NCBI GenBank assembly: GCA_022565365.1
Contig: JAIUMW010000001.1
Span: 1 to 54,956, forward strand
DNA length: 54,956 nucleotides
Direction: 5' to 3'
From: Oceanicaulis sp.
Lineage (GTDB): Bacteria; Pseudomonadota; Alphaproteobacteria; Caulobacterales; Maricaulaceae
Of this stretch, positions 38,197-47,382 are shown piece by piece. The notes beneath the pieces are model-generated. The model had not been told where the DNA came from. It saw only the letters and a list, made by a program, of their open reading frames with translations, and ran no database searches. The position numbers and the translations under genes were made by a program. Positions within the stretch are counted from its first letter, which is position 1. Every line of letters starts with the position of its first letter.

Positions 38197-38943
38197 TCAC
38201 ATCAGCCCGTACATGCGCAGCGGCATCCAGATGGCCATGGCGATCATGATCAGGTTCTCGGTCAGCGAGATGAAGCCCAGCGGCACGCGGCTGTCGCCGC
38301 CCATGCATGCGCATTTCAGTTCGCGCTTCTGGATATAGACGGCCCTGAACACCGATACCGCCCCGATCGTCCCGATGAACAGCGCCACGGGGGAGGCGAG
38401 CCAGATCAGGCTGCCCGCCAGCATGAGAACGCCTGCGCCCGCTTCGGCGAACGGATAGATGCGCCCATAGGGAACCCAGCGTCGCGCCAGCAGGTCGTAA
38501 TTGAGGAACATCGTGGCAAAGGCCTCGATATTGGTCAGTTTCTGCAGGCCCAGCAGCACCATGGCGATGGCGATGAAATACTCCACCGTGTCGATGTGAA
38601 GGAGCGGCCCACCGGTCTGCCAGGCGACCGCCAGCGCCAGCAGCGCAGCCACCGAGAACAGGGCGATGACCGGCGCGTAGGTGGTGTCCTTTTTCGGTTT
38701 GGCCACGCCCAGATGCGCCTCCAGCGCCTCATACCCGCCAATGCGCTCGCCCCCGATGAAGGTTTGCGGCGTGGTCTTGACGCCATGCTCGGCCTTGAAG
38801 GCGTCAATCGCTTCACGGCTTTCGAGCACGTGATCGTCAACTTCATAGCCCTTGCTGCGCAACAAGTGCCGACTTTTCAGCCCGTAGGGACAAACATGCT
38901 CGGGCGTCTCCATGCGGTAGAGCGAAGCGATGGATTTGGTCAT
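38197..38943 (-). CDS. Glutaredoxin-MauE/DoxX fusion membrane protein
   Basis: CPYG and TTPQTFIGG (Grx), then YDLLARR, YPFAE, CACMG (MauE-like). Confidence 0.87.
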   Translation of the reverse strand: MTKSIASLYRMETPEHVCPYGLKSRHLLRSKGYEVDDHVLESREAIDAFKAEHGVKTTPQTFIGGERIGGYEALEAHLGVAKPKKDTTYAPVIALFSVAALLALAVAWQTGGPLLHIDTVEYFIAIAMVLLGLQKLTNIEAFATMFLNYDLLARRWVPYGRIYPFAEAGAGVLMLAGSLIWLASPVALFIGTIGAVSVFRAVYIQKRELKCACMGGDSRVPLGFISLTENLIMIAMAIWMPLRMYGLM

Positions 38944-38981
38944 GGCGCGGCCTCCTGCCGGGCGGGTCTTTTCCAGCGTAC

Positions 38982-39012
38982 AGCGTGCCTCTCACCGGGG
39001 GGGGGAGGTCAA
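38982..39012 (-). promoter_or_regulatory. MerR-family-type promoter
   Basis: TTGACC-19 bp-CACGCT with partial dyad CCTC...GAGG upstream of the Grx-MauE gene. Confidence 0.6.
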
Positions 39013-39124
39013 GGGCCGGGGGTGTAGTGTGCAGATCCCGTGTTTGCCGGCGGGCGGACCGCAAGCGCTGTACCGGGCCTGGCGAGCTTGACTGTAGCGC
39101 GTGAGGCCTCGCTGAAACCTCCCT

Positions 39125-39149
39125 GGAACCGAAGGCCGGCGCAGGCGTT
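39125..39149 (+). promoter_or_regulatory. EcfG (general stress sigma) promoter
   Basis: GGAAC-N16-CGTT upstream of the DUF883 gene. Confidence 0.85.
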
Positions 39150-39185
39150 GTTTTCCCCTGGTACAAAGATGAAAGGGCCAAATGA

Positions 39186-39587
39186 ATGGCAAGATCGAGT
39201 ACGGATGGCAACAAGAGCGGCTCCGCCCGCGCGGCAGGCAAGGCGGTTGATCACGCCGGCAAGGCGGCGTCGGCCGCCGGTGATGCAGCCGAGCTGAGCT
39301 ATGAAGAACTGCGCGAGCAAGTCGCGGCTTTGAAGGCCGATCTGGCCAGTCTCAGCGAGACTGCCCAGGGGCTCGTAAAACAAAAAGCGCGTGAGGCGGC
39401 CGATGATGCCGACAGCGTCCGTCGCAAGGCGCTCTCTGCCGCCAAGGACGGTGTCGAGGCTGCGAGCGACCAGATCGAAGACGCGGCCTCTCAGGTGGAA
39501 ACCTTCGCCCGCGAACGCCCGGGTGTCGCCATGGGGCTGTCGGCCAGCGCCGGCTTTCTGCTCGCCATGGCTCTCACGCGGCGCTGA
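39186..39587 (+). CDS. DUF883/ElaB/YqjD family protein
   Basis: Helical body, RERP + C-terminal TM + RR. Confidence 0.85.
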   Translation: MARSSTDGNKSGSARAAGKAVDHAGKAASAAGDAAELSYEELREQVAALKADLASLSETAQGLVKQKAREAADDADSVRRKALSAAKDGVEAASDQIEDAASQVETFARERPGVAMGLSASAGFLLAMALTRR

Positions 39588-39967
39588 TGCTTTTGATCTT
39601 CAAACAGATCGGCGCCCGGCTGGACTGGCATAAGCGGCGCACGCTCATGGGCGCTGCCGGCGTGGTGCTCGTCATGACGGGCGTCGGCTTCGCCGCCGCT
39701 GCGGCTTGGACGGCATTGGCGCAGGTTGTGGGCGTGTCCGGCGCGTCGGCGATCCTAGCCGCCATCTTTACCGGCTTGGGGCTGGTCGTGATCAGCTTGC
39801 GCGGTGCGCAGGACAAGCCGCCGATCGACTCGCCGCTGGCGCAACTAAAGCGCCGCCCGCCACCATCTGATGGGGCGCCCGGACCCAAACAGGAGATGCC
39901 GCCCATCGTAGAGGCGTTCCTGTTCGGGATGACGGTTTATCTTCAAAACCAGAAGCCTAAGCCTTAG
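39587..39967 (+). CDS. Small two-TM membrane protein coupled to DUF883 (YqjE/holin-like)
   Basis: TGATG overlap, two hydrophobic segments. Confidence 0.65.
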   Translation: MLLIFKQIGARLDWHKRRTLMGAAGVVLVMTGVGFAAAAAWTALAQVVGVSGASAILAAIFTGLGLVVISLRGAQDKPPIDSPLAQLKRRPPPSDGAPGPKQEMPPIVEAFLFGMTVYLQNQKPKP

Positions 39968-40062
39968 GCGCGTGGGCGGTCTTCACGGCCGCCGTTCCGC
40001 CGCTTCTGGCTGTCCGCGCTCTGACGGGGCCTTCCGCCAGCTCCTCGCGCGTGCGCGGCGTT

Positions 40063-41883
40063 TCAGCTCGATGTGGCTGAAGTGGCGCCCGCAGCGGCGT
40101 CCACCCGCAATTCGGGTCCATCATCCAGGTCCAGATCGGAGATCTGGAAGCGCACGTGCACGCGCCAGAATTCGGAGGCCCCTTCCGAGCCTTCGCCCTG
40201 CTCCAGCTCGGCGTTTAACTGCATCTTGAAAGCGTCGATCAGCTCGCTGCCCAGTCCTGATCCGGTCTCGCTCGGATCCGGCCCTGTCCGGTCCGCAGGC
40301 GGGGCCAGGCTGTTGACGACCACCAATGTGACCAGTCCGTCTTCGTCCTTCAGGCTTACTTCCATCCAGCACAGGCCCGTCTCGGCGTCGCGGCCGGCAT
40401 ATTTCAGAGCGTTCGTCACCGCCTCGGTCAGTAGCAGCGATAGCGGCACCAGCTGGTCGGGCGACAGGACGATCGGCTCAAGATCAGTCTTGAGTGAAAT
40501 GTCATTGCCCGGCCCCTCGCCCACGGCGAACAGGTGGCGCAGCAGCTCCTCAATTAACGTATCGGCGCGCGCATCAGACAGGTTTTCTGTCTGGTAGAGG
40601 CTGCGATGGATGGTCGCCAGGCCGATCACCCGGTCCTGCACGGTCTGCAGCACTTGGCGCGAGCGCGGATCGGTCAGGCGGCGCATCTGAAGGTTCAGGA
40701 TCGAGGCGATGAGCTGAAGATTGTTTTTCACCCGGTGGTGCACTTCTTTCAGAAGCAGCGTGCGCTCCTGAACCATCTCCTCCGTCTTCGCCAGAGCCGC
40801 AGACAGAGCGGCCTCGTCGCGGGCGATCAGCAGGGCCATTTTCTGGAAGGTGGCGTGCAGGTCGCGCAATTCGTGCGACACGCGCGGCGACAGGGGTTCG
40901 GGCATCGTCCGGTCACCCAGCGCCAGGCGGCGCATCTGCCGGCCGAGGCGGCGCAAATGCCGGATCACCAGGAAATACAGGGCGAAAAAAACCACTGCGA
41001 TGCTGGCCACCCACATGGCGAGCGGGAACAGGAGCGGCATGCGGTCCACGTCCAGCATCGCCGCCGGGCCGTTCTCGGTATCCCAGACGCCGATCACGTA
41101 CAAAAGGTCAGGAACGAGGGTCGCGACGGCGAAGACAGCAGGCTCGCCCGACTGCGTGCGGCCTTTGAACACCGTATCCCCGGAATAGCCGGCAAACGTG
41201 ATCAGGCGCTGCTCGGCGGGCAGATAGGCTTGCACCGCCTGCGTGTCGCCCGGCGCCAGAATGTCTGCGAACTGGTTGAACATGACCGGGCGCAGATAGG
41301 TCTCGTCATCGTCCACCCGGTTCAGCCAGGCGACAGAGTCCAGCGAGATCGAAATCGACAGAAAGCCGCGCAGCACGCCTTCCTCGAACACCGGATGGGT
41401 GACGACCATCTCCGGATTGCCGCCTGTGCCGCCGTCCTCGCGCCGGTGCACCATGCGCACCGGCATATCCATCATCTGGCGGTAGATGGGACTGTCTGAA
41501 TCGTCGAACACCTCGCCGTCAGACGTGCACCGCGCCATCCCGTCCGCTTCGGTGTAGGCGATAGAGCTGTACACGCCCGCGCGCCGGAAGGTGTCCATCA
41601 AAAGCGCGCTGCATGCGGCCGGGTACATCGACCGCTCGAGCACAGGCTGGGCCAGGGTGCGCGCGGTGGTGAAAGCGCTTTCGATCAGGGCGCGCCGTCC
41701 CGCCGCCGCCTCGGCGGTCAGGCTGAGCAGGGCGCTTTCGGTGCTGCGCAGGTCCACCGCCCGGCTGTTGAGACTGGTCACTACCGCCAGAATGCCCAGA
41801 GGCAGAAGCGCGAAGGACAAGAGCAGCGCCAGACGCACCGCCAGCTGGCCGAAGAAGCGCGATACAGATGACAATGGGCTCAC
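40063..41883 (-). CDS. HisKA_2-type sensor histidine kinase of the general stress locus (start approximate)
   Basis: Two TMs around a periplasmic domain, HAMP-like linker, EVHHRVKNNLQ, EAVTNALKY, GLGS. Confidence 0.9.
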   Translation of the reverse strand: MSPLSSVSRFFGQLAVRLALLLSFALLPLGILAVVTSLNSRAVDLRSTESALLSLTAEAAAGRRALIESAFTTARTLAQPVLERSMYPAACSALLMDTFRRAGVYSSIAYTEADGMARCTSDGEVFDDSDSPIYRQMMDMPVRMVHRREDGGTGGNPEMVVTHPVFEEGVLRGFLSISISLDSVAWLNRVDDDETYLRPVMFNQFADILAPGDTQAVQAYLPAEQRLITFAGYSGDTVFKGRTQSGEPAVFAVATLVPDLLYVIGVWDTENGPAAMLDVDRMPLLFPLAMWVASIAVVFFALYFLVIRHLRRLGRQMRRLALGDRTMPEPLSPRVSHELRDLHATFQKMALLIARDEAALSAALAKTEEMVQERTLLLKEVHHRVKNNLQLIASILNLQMRRLTDPRSRQVLQTVQDRVIGLATIHRSLYQTENLSDARADTLIEELLRHLFAVGEGPGNDISLKTDLEPIVLSPDQLVPLSLLLTEAVTNALKYAGRDAETGLCWMEVSLKDEDGLVTLVVVNSLAPPADRTGPDPSETGSGLGSELIDAFKMQLNAELEQGEGSEGASEFWRVHVRFQISDLDLDDGPELRVDAAAGATSATSS

Positions 41884-41893
41884 CCGCGAACGG

Positions 41894-42520
41894 TCATGCA
41901 GACGGATCCGGCTCTGCAGACAGAATGGCCTCGGAGATGTCCGAAGCGAGATTGGACTCATGTCCGTCGAGACCCAGCAGCGCCGCCAGCGCCTTGCGGG
42001 CGCGGTTGGTCCGGCTCTTGATCGTGCCGGGCGCGCAGCCACAGGTCTCGGCGGCTTCCTCCACGGTGAAGCCCATGGCGCCCACCAGGATCAGAGCTTC
42101 GCGCTGCTCATCGGGGATGCGTTTCAGAGCGGCCTGCAATTCACCCAGCGCCAGATGGCCGTACTGATCAGGCTTGCTGACCAGTTGTCCCGCCATGATC
42201 TCGTCGGGATCTTCCGTTTCGCGCGCCTTCTTGCGCCGGCCGGAATAGAAATTATTGCGCAGAATGGTGAACAGCCATGCCCGCAGATTGGTCCCCTCAG
42301 TGAACAGGTGAAACTTGCTCCATGCCTTGACGACTGTGTCCTGCAACAGATCATCGGCCTGGGAGGCGTCGCGGCACAGGCTCAGGGCGAATGTGCGCAA
42401 GGCCGGCAAATGGCCGATAATAGCGTCGCGCGGATCGCCGTCGATATGAGCCCGGCTTCCGGCGGGCGCCGGGGAGACCGGACTCCGCGCCGCGCCATGC
42501 GCGGGCAGCGGATCTGTCAT
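41894..42520 (-). CDS. ecfG: ECF sigma factor of the general stress response (EcfG/SigT)
   Basis: ADDLLQDT, GTNLRAWLFTILRN, GTIKSR; downstream of nepR. Confidence 0.92.
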   Translation of the reverse strand: MTDPLPAHGAARSPVSPAPAGSRAHIDGDPRDAIIGHLPALRTFALSLCRDASQADDLLQDTVVKAWSKFHLFTEGTNLRAWLFTILRNNFYSGRRKKARETEDPDEIMAGQLVSKPDQYGHLALGELQAALKRIPDEQREALILVGAMGFTVEEAAETCGCAPGTIKSRTNRARKALAALLGLDGHESNLASDISEAILSAEPDPSA

Positions 42521-42783
42521 GCGCCATCCTTTCCGCCAGGGCCGCCCGGGACGTCGCCGCTTTTCAGCCGCGCGACCAGCGCTTGCAGTTCGGGCGGTAA
42601 TTCCTGCTCGACCTGCTGCTGGTACAGACGTTTCAGATTTTCATCGATCTGACGGGCGATCTCAGGCGCAACGCCCTTGGGCCCGCGCGTCTTGCCAGTG
42701 GCGCGCGCGCGACGCGCGTCAGCGTCTTCCTTACGCGAGGCGCTGCTTTCAGGCCGATCTTCGGAAGGTCCGGTCTGTTTCAT
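42517..42783 (-). CDS. nepR: Anti-sigma factor NepR
   Basis: IDENLKRLYQQQVEQELPPELQALVARL; overlaps the sigma start, divergent from phyR. Confidence 0.88.
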   Translation of the reverse strand: MKQTGPSEDRPESSASRKEDADARRARATGKTRGPKGVAPEIARQIDENLKRLYQQQVEQELPPELQALVARLKSGDVPGGPGGKDGA

Positions 42784-42872
42784 GGGTTCGGGCCGTTGGT
42801 GTCTGGGTGGCTTGAGTCTATGCTCATCAGGTACGTTGTCGGCGCCATTATGCCAAAAAGACTGTGTCATCT

Positions 42873-42904
42873 GGAACCCAACACAGTCAAAATCGTTGGG
42901 TTCC
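42873..42904. promoter_or_regulatory. Overlapping divergent EcfG promoters for phyR (+) and nepR (-)
   Basis: + GGAAC-N16-CGTT (42873-42897); - GGAAC-N16-TGTT (42904-42880). Confidence 0.82.
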
Positions 42905-42946
42905 CGACAAATAGCACCCCGTCCGCACTATTTTCAGAGAGCTGTC

Positions 42947-43825
42947 ATGTCCGATACGCCCGCTTCCGCCCCGTCCTCTTCAGCCCCGGCCGGGGACGGC
43001 GCGGCGATTGACCAGTCCATGGCCAGCGAGATCGTGACCTGCCTGCCCTATCTGCGCCGCTATGCGCGCGCACTGACGGGCAACCAGACCAGCGGAGACC
43101 GGTACGCTGCGGCGACGATGGAAGCGATCCTGGCCGACCGCAGTATGCTCGACAGCGAGCTGGGCGCGAAGGTGTCGCTGTTCAGGGCGTTTCAGTCGGT
43201 CTGGTCGAGCAGCGGGTCGAAACTGAGTGAACCTGAGAACGCCGCTGCGCCTGCCGGGGCGGAGGCCCGCGCCCAGGCTCGCATGGCCAGGCTGACGCCG
43301 CGCTCGCGCGAGGCCCTGCTTCTGCGGGTGATCGAGGAATTCCGCAGCGAGGAAGTGGCGCTGATCATGCGCACCACCCCGCCCGAAGCCGACGCGCTCG
43401 TCCAGGCCGCCATGCGCGAGATGGAGGCCGAGGTGCCCGGCAAGGTGATGATCATCGAGGACGAGCCGCTGATCGCCATGGATATCCGCAACATCGTTCA
43501 GGATATGGGACATACCGTAACCGGGATCGCCCCAACGCGCCGCGAGGCGATCCGTCTGGGCGAAGAGCTGCGGCCCGACTTGATCCTGGCTGACATTCAG
43601 CTGGCTGATAACAGCTCGGGCGTTGATGCGGTGAATGATCTGCTGGGCGTGCTGGGCGATGTCCCGGTGGTGTTCATCACCGCCTTCCCGGACCGGCTCC
43701 TGACCGGTGAACGCCCCGAGCCGGCCTTCCTGATCACCAAGCCCTTCACCCAGGAACAGGTGCGCTCGGCCGTGTCTCAGGCGATTTTCTTCTCCAGCAC
43801 CGAAACGATGGCGGCGTCCGGCTGA
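42947..43825 (+). CDS. phyR: Anti-anti-sigma response regulator PhyR
   Basis: Sigma-like LPYLRRYARALTG plus receiver IEDE, LADIQLADNSSG, ITAFP, TKPF. Confidence 0.95.
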   Translation: MSDTPASAPSSSAPAGDGAAIDQSMASEIVTCLPYLRRYARALTGNQTSGDRYAAATMEAILADRSMLDSELGAKVSLFRAFQSVWSSSGSKLSEPENAAAPAGAEARAQARMARLTPRSREALLLRVIEEFRSEEVALIMRTTPPEADALVQAAMREMEAEVPGKVMIIEDEPLIAMDIRNIVQDMGHTVTGIAPTRREAIRLGEELRPDLILADIQLADNSSGVDAVNDLLGVLGDVPVVFITAFPDRLLTGERPEPAFLITKPFTQEQVRSAVSQAIFFSSTETMAASG

Positions 43826-43864
43826 GCCGCACGCTGCATCAGCTCGTCCGGCTGTCCAGTGACG

Positions 43865-44263
43865 TTACGCCTGAGCCGGCGACGCGTCGTTCCGGGATCC
43901 GCGCGGCGTGATGCGGCTCAATACGTCGGTGACCTGCGCCAGTCCGAAGGGCTGCATCAGGACAGGCGGGGCCGCGCCCGGGTCACCGCCAGCGGCTTCC
44001 AGCTCGGCGGAATGGCCGATCAGCACCAGCTGGCCGCCCAGCGCTGTGACCAGGGTCAGCAGCGGACCGTCCTTGAGCGACTTGAAATCTGATTGAATGA
44101 AGGCGTGAAGCAGCGCGCCCGGCTGCAGGCTGGCCAGTTGCCGGCACGCATCGTCCACGTCGGCCGACATGATGCACTGCGTACCGGTCAGCTCTGCCAG
44201 CGTGAGCGACAGATCGTGCGCCACGAGCGGCGTCTGAAGCATGATGAGGCTGTAGCGGTTCAT
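43865..44263 (-). CDS. Degenerate single-domain receiver-like protein
   Basis: 132 aa with a receiver-like pattern (LVAHDL..TL, QPF) but no acidic pocket or KP. Confidence 0.55.
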   Translation of the reverse strand: MNRYSLIMLQTPLVAHDLSLTLAELTGTQCIMSADVDDACRQLASLQPGALLHAFIQSDFKSLKDGPLLTLVTALGGQLVLIGHSAELEAAGGDPGAAPPVLMQPFGLAQVTDVLSRITPRGSRNDASPAQA

Positions 44264-44423
44264 AACCTGTCCTTGCGGGCCCCGGAAAACCCGCGCGCCA
44301 CAACCATCAATGTCTCATTGACGGATCGGGTGAACAATAAACCACGACATAGGCAGTGATGTGACAGGCCTGCAATCAGCATGTCCGCGCTTGGTAAAGG
44401 CCTTGCTGCACAACGCGCAAAGA

Positions 44424-44455
44424 AGACGGGCCGCAACAACAGTTGCGGCCCGTCT
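44424..44455 (-). terminator. Terminator hairpin after DUF1328
   Basis: AGACGGGCCGCAAC-AACA-GTTGCGGCCCGTCT, 14 bp stem. Confidence 0.75.
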
Positions 44456-44481
44456 CTGTGTGTTCCGTATGGCCTGACCCG

Positions 44482-44655
44482 TTAGACGGGCGGGCGGCCA
44501 CGCAAGGCGCGCGCGACCATTGCGACCACGAACAGCACCAGGAAAATAAAGAACAGAATCTGTGCAATTCCGGCTGAAGCGCCAGCAATTCCCGTGAACC
44601 CAAGCGCCGCAGCGATCAATGCCACAATAAAGAAGGTCAAAGCCCATCCAAGCAT
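44482..44655 (-). CDS. DUF1328 (YtjA-like) small membrane protein
   Basis: Not in the ORF track. 57 aa [57 protein letters not shown]; RBS GGAGAG. Confidence 0.92.
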   Translation of the reverse strand: MLGWALTFFIVALIAAALGFTGIAGASAGIAQILFFIFLVLFVVAMVARALRGRPPV

Positions 44656-44703
44656 CGTGTCTCTCCATATTTGTTGCGAGGCGAAGCGCCTCTCTGGAGC
44701 AAT

Positions 44704-44728
44704 AACGTGCGATCAGCTTGGCGGTTCC
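44704..44728 (-). promoter_or_regulatory. EcfG promoter for DUF1328
   Basis: GGAAC-N16-CGTT on the minus strand. Confidence 0.85.
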
Positions 44729-44767
44729 ATTTTGATCCAACAGTACAGCCCGAAACGGGGCCCCGCC

Positions 44768-44899
44768 TCAAATCAGCGGGCGGCGGTGTGGCGCTCCCGG
44801 ATCAATCCCGCCGCGCATGAAGGCCAGCTCGTCGCGGGTGAAGGCGGTGAACAGTTCAAATTGCCGCAAGGGGCAGTGCTCGCAAGCGATCTTGCTCAT
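44768..44899 (-). pseudogene. Truncated Crp/Fnr-family regulator
   Basis: MSKIACEHCPLR...FTRDELAFM resembles the N-terminus of GSR-linked Crp/Fnr proteins; stops after 43 aa. Confidence 0.6.
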
Positions 44900-44972
44900 G
44901 GCCCGACCAGAGTTGTGACCGTTGATTGAGAAGTCATCATCCGCTCGCGTGGTGTCAAGGCTGCGGTCTGAC

Positions 44973-44997
44973 GGAACCAGGCCGGATTGCTGACGTT
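44973..44997 (+). promoter_or_regulatory. EcfG promoter for csbD
   Basis: GGAAC-N16-CGTT. Confidence 0.85.
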
Positions 44998-45032
44998 GAA
45001 CCGGCATACCCGCATCAAAAAGGAAGATCGCC

Positions 45033-45230
45033 ATGAACTGGGATATCGTCAAAGGCAAGTGGAAGCAGATTACAGGCAGCGCCAAATCCCAATGGGGCAA
45101 GCTGACCGAGGATGAGCTTCAGCAGATTGACGGTGATCGCGAGGCCCTGATCGGCAAGATCCAGGAAAAATATGGCGTCGCGCGTGATGAGGCGGAAAAG
45201 GAAGTCGATGAGTGGGCCAAGGGCGCCTGA
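45033..45230 (+). CDS. csbD: CsbD/YjbJ family stress protein
   Basis: MNWDIVKGKWKQ..G..K.QWGKLTED...GKIQEKYG. Confidence 0.93.
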   Translation: MNWDIVKGKWKQITGSAKSQWGKLTEDELQQIDGDREALIGKIQEKYGVARDEAEKEVDEWAKGA

Positions 45231-45258
45231 CTTCTATGTAATGATAATAAAGCAAATG

Positions 45259-45288
45259 AGCAGCTGACCCCGCGTCGGCTGCTTTTTT
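45259..45288 (+). terminator. Rho-independent terminator
   Basis: AGCAGCTGAC-CCCGC-GTCGGCTGCT followed by a T run. Confidence 0.75.
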
Positions 45289-45322
45289 TATCTGAGCCGT
45301 AGGAGCTTAATGCAGTATCTGT

Positions 45323-45347
45323 GGAACCCATCATTTTTGGTGCCGTT
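45323..45347 (+). promoter_or_regulatory. EcfG promoter for the PRC-barrel gene
   Basis: GGAAC-N16-CGTT. Confidence 0.85.
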
Positions 45348-45400
45348 GTTGCATCAGGCGCCCCGAAAATGTGTGGCGCTCAAGACAAGAGATGGAGACA

Positions 45401-46354
45401 ATGATGAAAACCCTCATGTTCAGTACAGCGCTTGTTGCCGCGACCGCGTTTGGCGCCACGGCGCACGCCCATGCTTTCGATCCTGAAGCGCGCGCCGATA
45501 TTCGCGCCGATGCGCCGGCATTCCTGTCGAGCACGTTCACCGGAATGACGGTGTATACGCTCGACCCGGCGGACGCCACGGCCATGCCTGATCCCACCGC
45601 CAGCGGTGATGCCGGCTATCAGCGCTCCCGCTCGGTCGGCTACCTGGCCGATCGTGACAATTGGGACGATATCGGCTCGATCAGTGACATCGTCATGACG
45701 AAGGATGGCGAGATCCGCGGCGTTCTGGTCGATGTTGGCGGCTTTCTCGGCCTCGGCGCCCACACGGTGATGGTGGATATCGGCGAGCTGAGCTTTGTCG
45801 CTGACGACAGCGGCGCAGCCGGGCTCGACGATTTTTTCATCGTCATCTCGAAGTCGAGGGAAGACCTCGAGGCGCTGCCGGAGTGGGACGAGGACCAGCT
45901 GCGTGATGGTGACGCTGCACGTGGCGACCGCGCCCGCACCGAAGCTTCCACCGAAGCGTCAGCGGCCGCCCGCGCTGACTATGCCGAGGCGCGCACCGAA
46001 GCCTCTGCGTCGGCTGGTGAGGGCTCGCTCGCCGCCCAGGTGCGCGATGTGTTCTCTGACGAGTATGAGACGCTCGAGCGCGAAGAGCGCACCGCGGAAC
46101 GCCTGATCGACGCGGACGTCTATGACGCCGCTGGCGACAAGGTGGGCTCCGTCAATGATGTCGTGCTCAACGGTGATGACAGTGTTGAAGGTCTGCTGGT
46201 GGATGTCGGCGGCTTCCTGGGCCTCGGCGCTCACACGGTGAACTTGCCCATCGACCGTGCCGAAATCGGCTGGAAGCCGGCCGACGAGGATGTGCGCGTG
46301 CAGGTCTCCCTGACGCGTACGGAACTCGAAGCGATGCCCGAATACGACGGCTAA
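45401..46354 (+). CDS. Exported protein with two PRC-barrel domains
   Basis: Signal peptide (AHA), duplicated LVDVGGFLGLGAHTV. Confidence 0.88.
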   Translation: MMKTLMFSTALVAATAFGATAHAHAFDPEARADIRADAPAFLSSTFTGMTVYTLDPADATAMPDPTASGDAGYQRSRSVGYLADRDNWDDIGSISDIVMTKDGEIRGVLVDVGGFLGLGAHTVMVDIGELSFVADDSGAAGLDDFFIVISKSREDLEALPEWDEDQLRDGDAARGDRARTEASTEASAAARADYAEARTEASASAGEGSLAAQVRDVFSDEYETLEREERTAERLIDADVYDAAGDKVGSVNDVVLNGDDSVEGLLVDVGGFLGLGAHTVNLPIDRAEIGWKPADEDVRVQVSLTRTELEAMPEYDG

Positions 46355-46375
46355 CCGGTTCCATTTACGAACGGC

Positions 46376-46403
46376 CAAGGGGTCCGCGCAAGCGGGCCCC
46401 TTG
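46376..46403. terminator. Hairpin between convergent genes
   Basis: CAAGGGGTCCGC-GCAA-GCGGGCCCCTTG, GNRA loop. Confidence 0.7.
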
Positions 46404-46414
46404 TGCTGTCCGGG

Positions 46415-47101
46415 CTATAGCGCGCCTTGCCGTGGCCAGCCCGCCTGCTTGGTCGCGCCATGCCCGCGTTCGGGCGAAATGAACGCCTCCGCCTCCGCGA
46501 TCTGCTCCTCTGTGGGCTCCACCCCGCAGAAGGCGGCGATCTGCTCGACGAAGCGCTCAGGACGCACCAGTGATTTTTCATAGCTGACTAACGCCATCGG
46601 GCAGGGCGGCGCGGCGAGGATCGCAGACGCTCGTGTGAGAAGCCTCAGCACATCCGCTAGGGCGTTGGTCAAAGGCGTGTCCGTCAGCATCGACGTGCGC
46701 ATGGCCGATGCGGCAGGATCGCGCACGACGACCACCAATCGCGCCGCCGGGACGAGGGAGACGGCGTCTCGTGCATAGAGCGCGCCGTGCGGGTCCTTCC
46801 ATCCCCACACGCCCCCGGCGCGGGCGCGGCGCTCAATGACCGGGCGCATGTCAGCCAGCGCTGCAGCGTAATCTGACGACGCCGGATCAGCCAGTCGCTG
46901 GACGCGGCCACGCGCCTCCTGAATGTCGAGATCCTCGTTGTTCGCGTCGTTTTGCCCGGCGCCCATATCCACGCCGATGATGCGCATGACGCCGGCCGTC
47001 ATCGAAGTGCCGCCGCGCGGCGCGCCGAACACCAGGATTCCCCGCGCCGGACCGTCCGGCTCCGGACCGATGACCGCCAGGGGATCAGTGCGCTCATACA
47101 T
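46415..47101 (-). CDS. Sulfotransferase-fold protein
   Basis: GAPRGGTS (5'-PSB-like), WGWKDP, VVRDP, SYE.L...P. Confidence 0.7.
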   Translation of the reverse strand: MYERTDPLAVIGPEPDGPARGILVFGAPRGGTSMTAGVMRIIGVDMGAGQNDANNEDLDIQEARGRVQRLADPASSDYAAALADMRPVIERRARAGGVWGWKDPHGALYARDAVSLVPAARLVVVVRDPAASAMRTSMLTDTPLTNALADVLRLLTRASAILAAPPCPMALVSYEKSLVRPERFVEQIAAFCGVEPTEEQIAEAEAFISPERGHGATKQAGWPRQGAL

Positions 47102-47382
47102 CTGTGTCGTCTCCAAGTCTGCTTGCCGGGGGCGGCTTCGCGCGGCGCCGGCCTGAAGGCTGGCTGCAGCCACAGTCATTTGCACAGTTTGTATATGGAA
47201 TGACACCCTATCCATAAGCGATCAGCTGTTGACGTTGGTGATATCCGCATCCGCGCCGCGCGACAGCCGTGAACGGCGCACGCCTTGTACAATCGGCCCG
47301 CGCACCCAACCGCTTGGGGCGCTGCGCCACATGTGCTTAATTGGCGAGTGAGGGAAACTTTGCGCCCAACGGGACCGAATTG

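Noticed and set aside
45930-46016. ARTEAS repeats and duplicated GGFLGLGAHTV as DNA repeats or CRISPR
   Set aside because: Protein-level repeats within the PRC-barrel gene; no repeat-spacer periodicity and no cas genes
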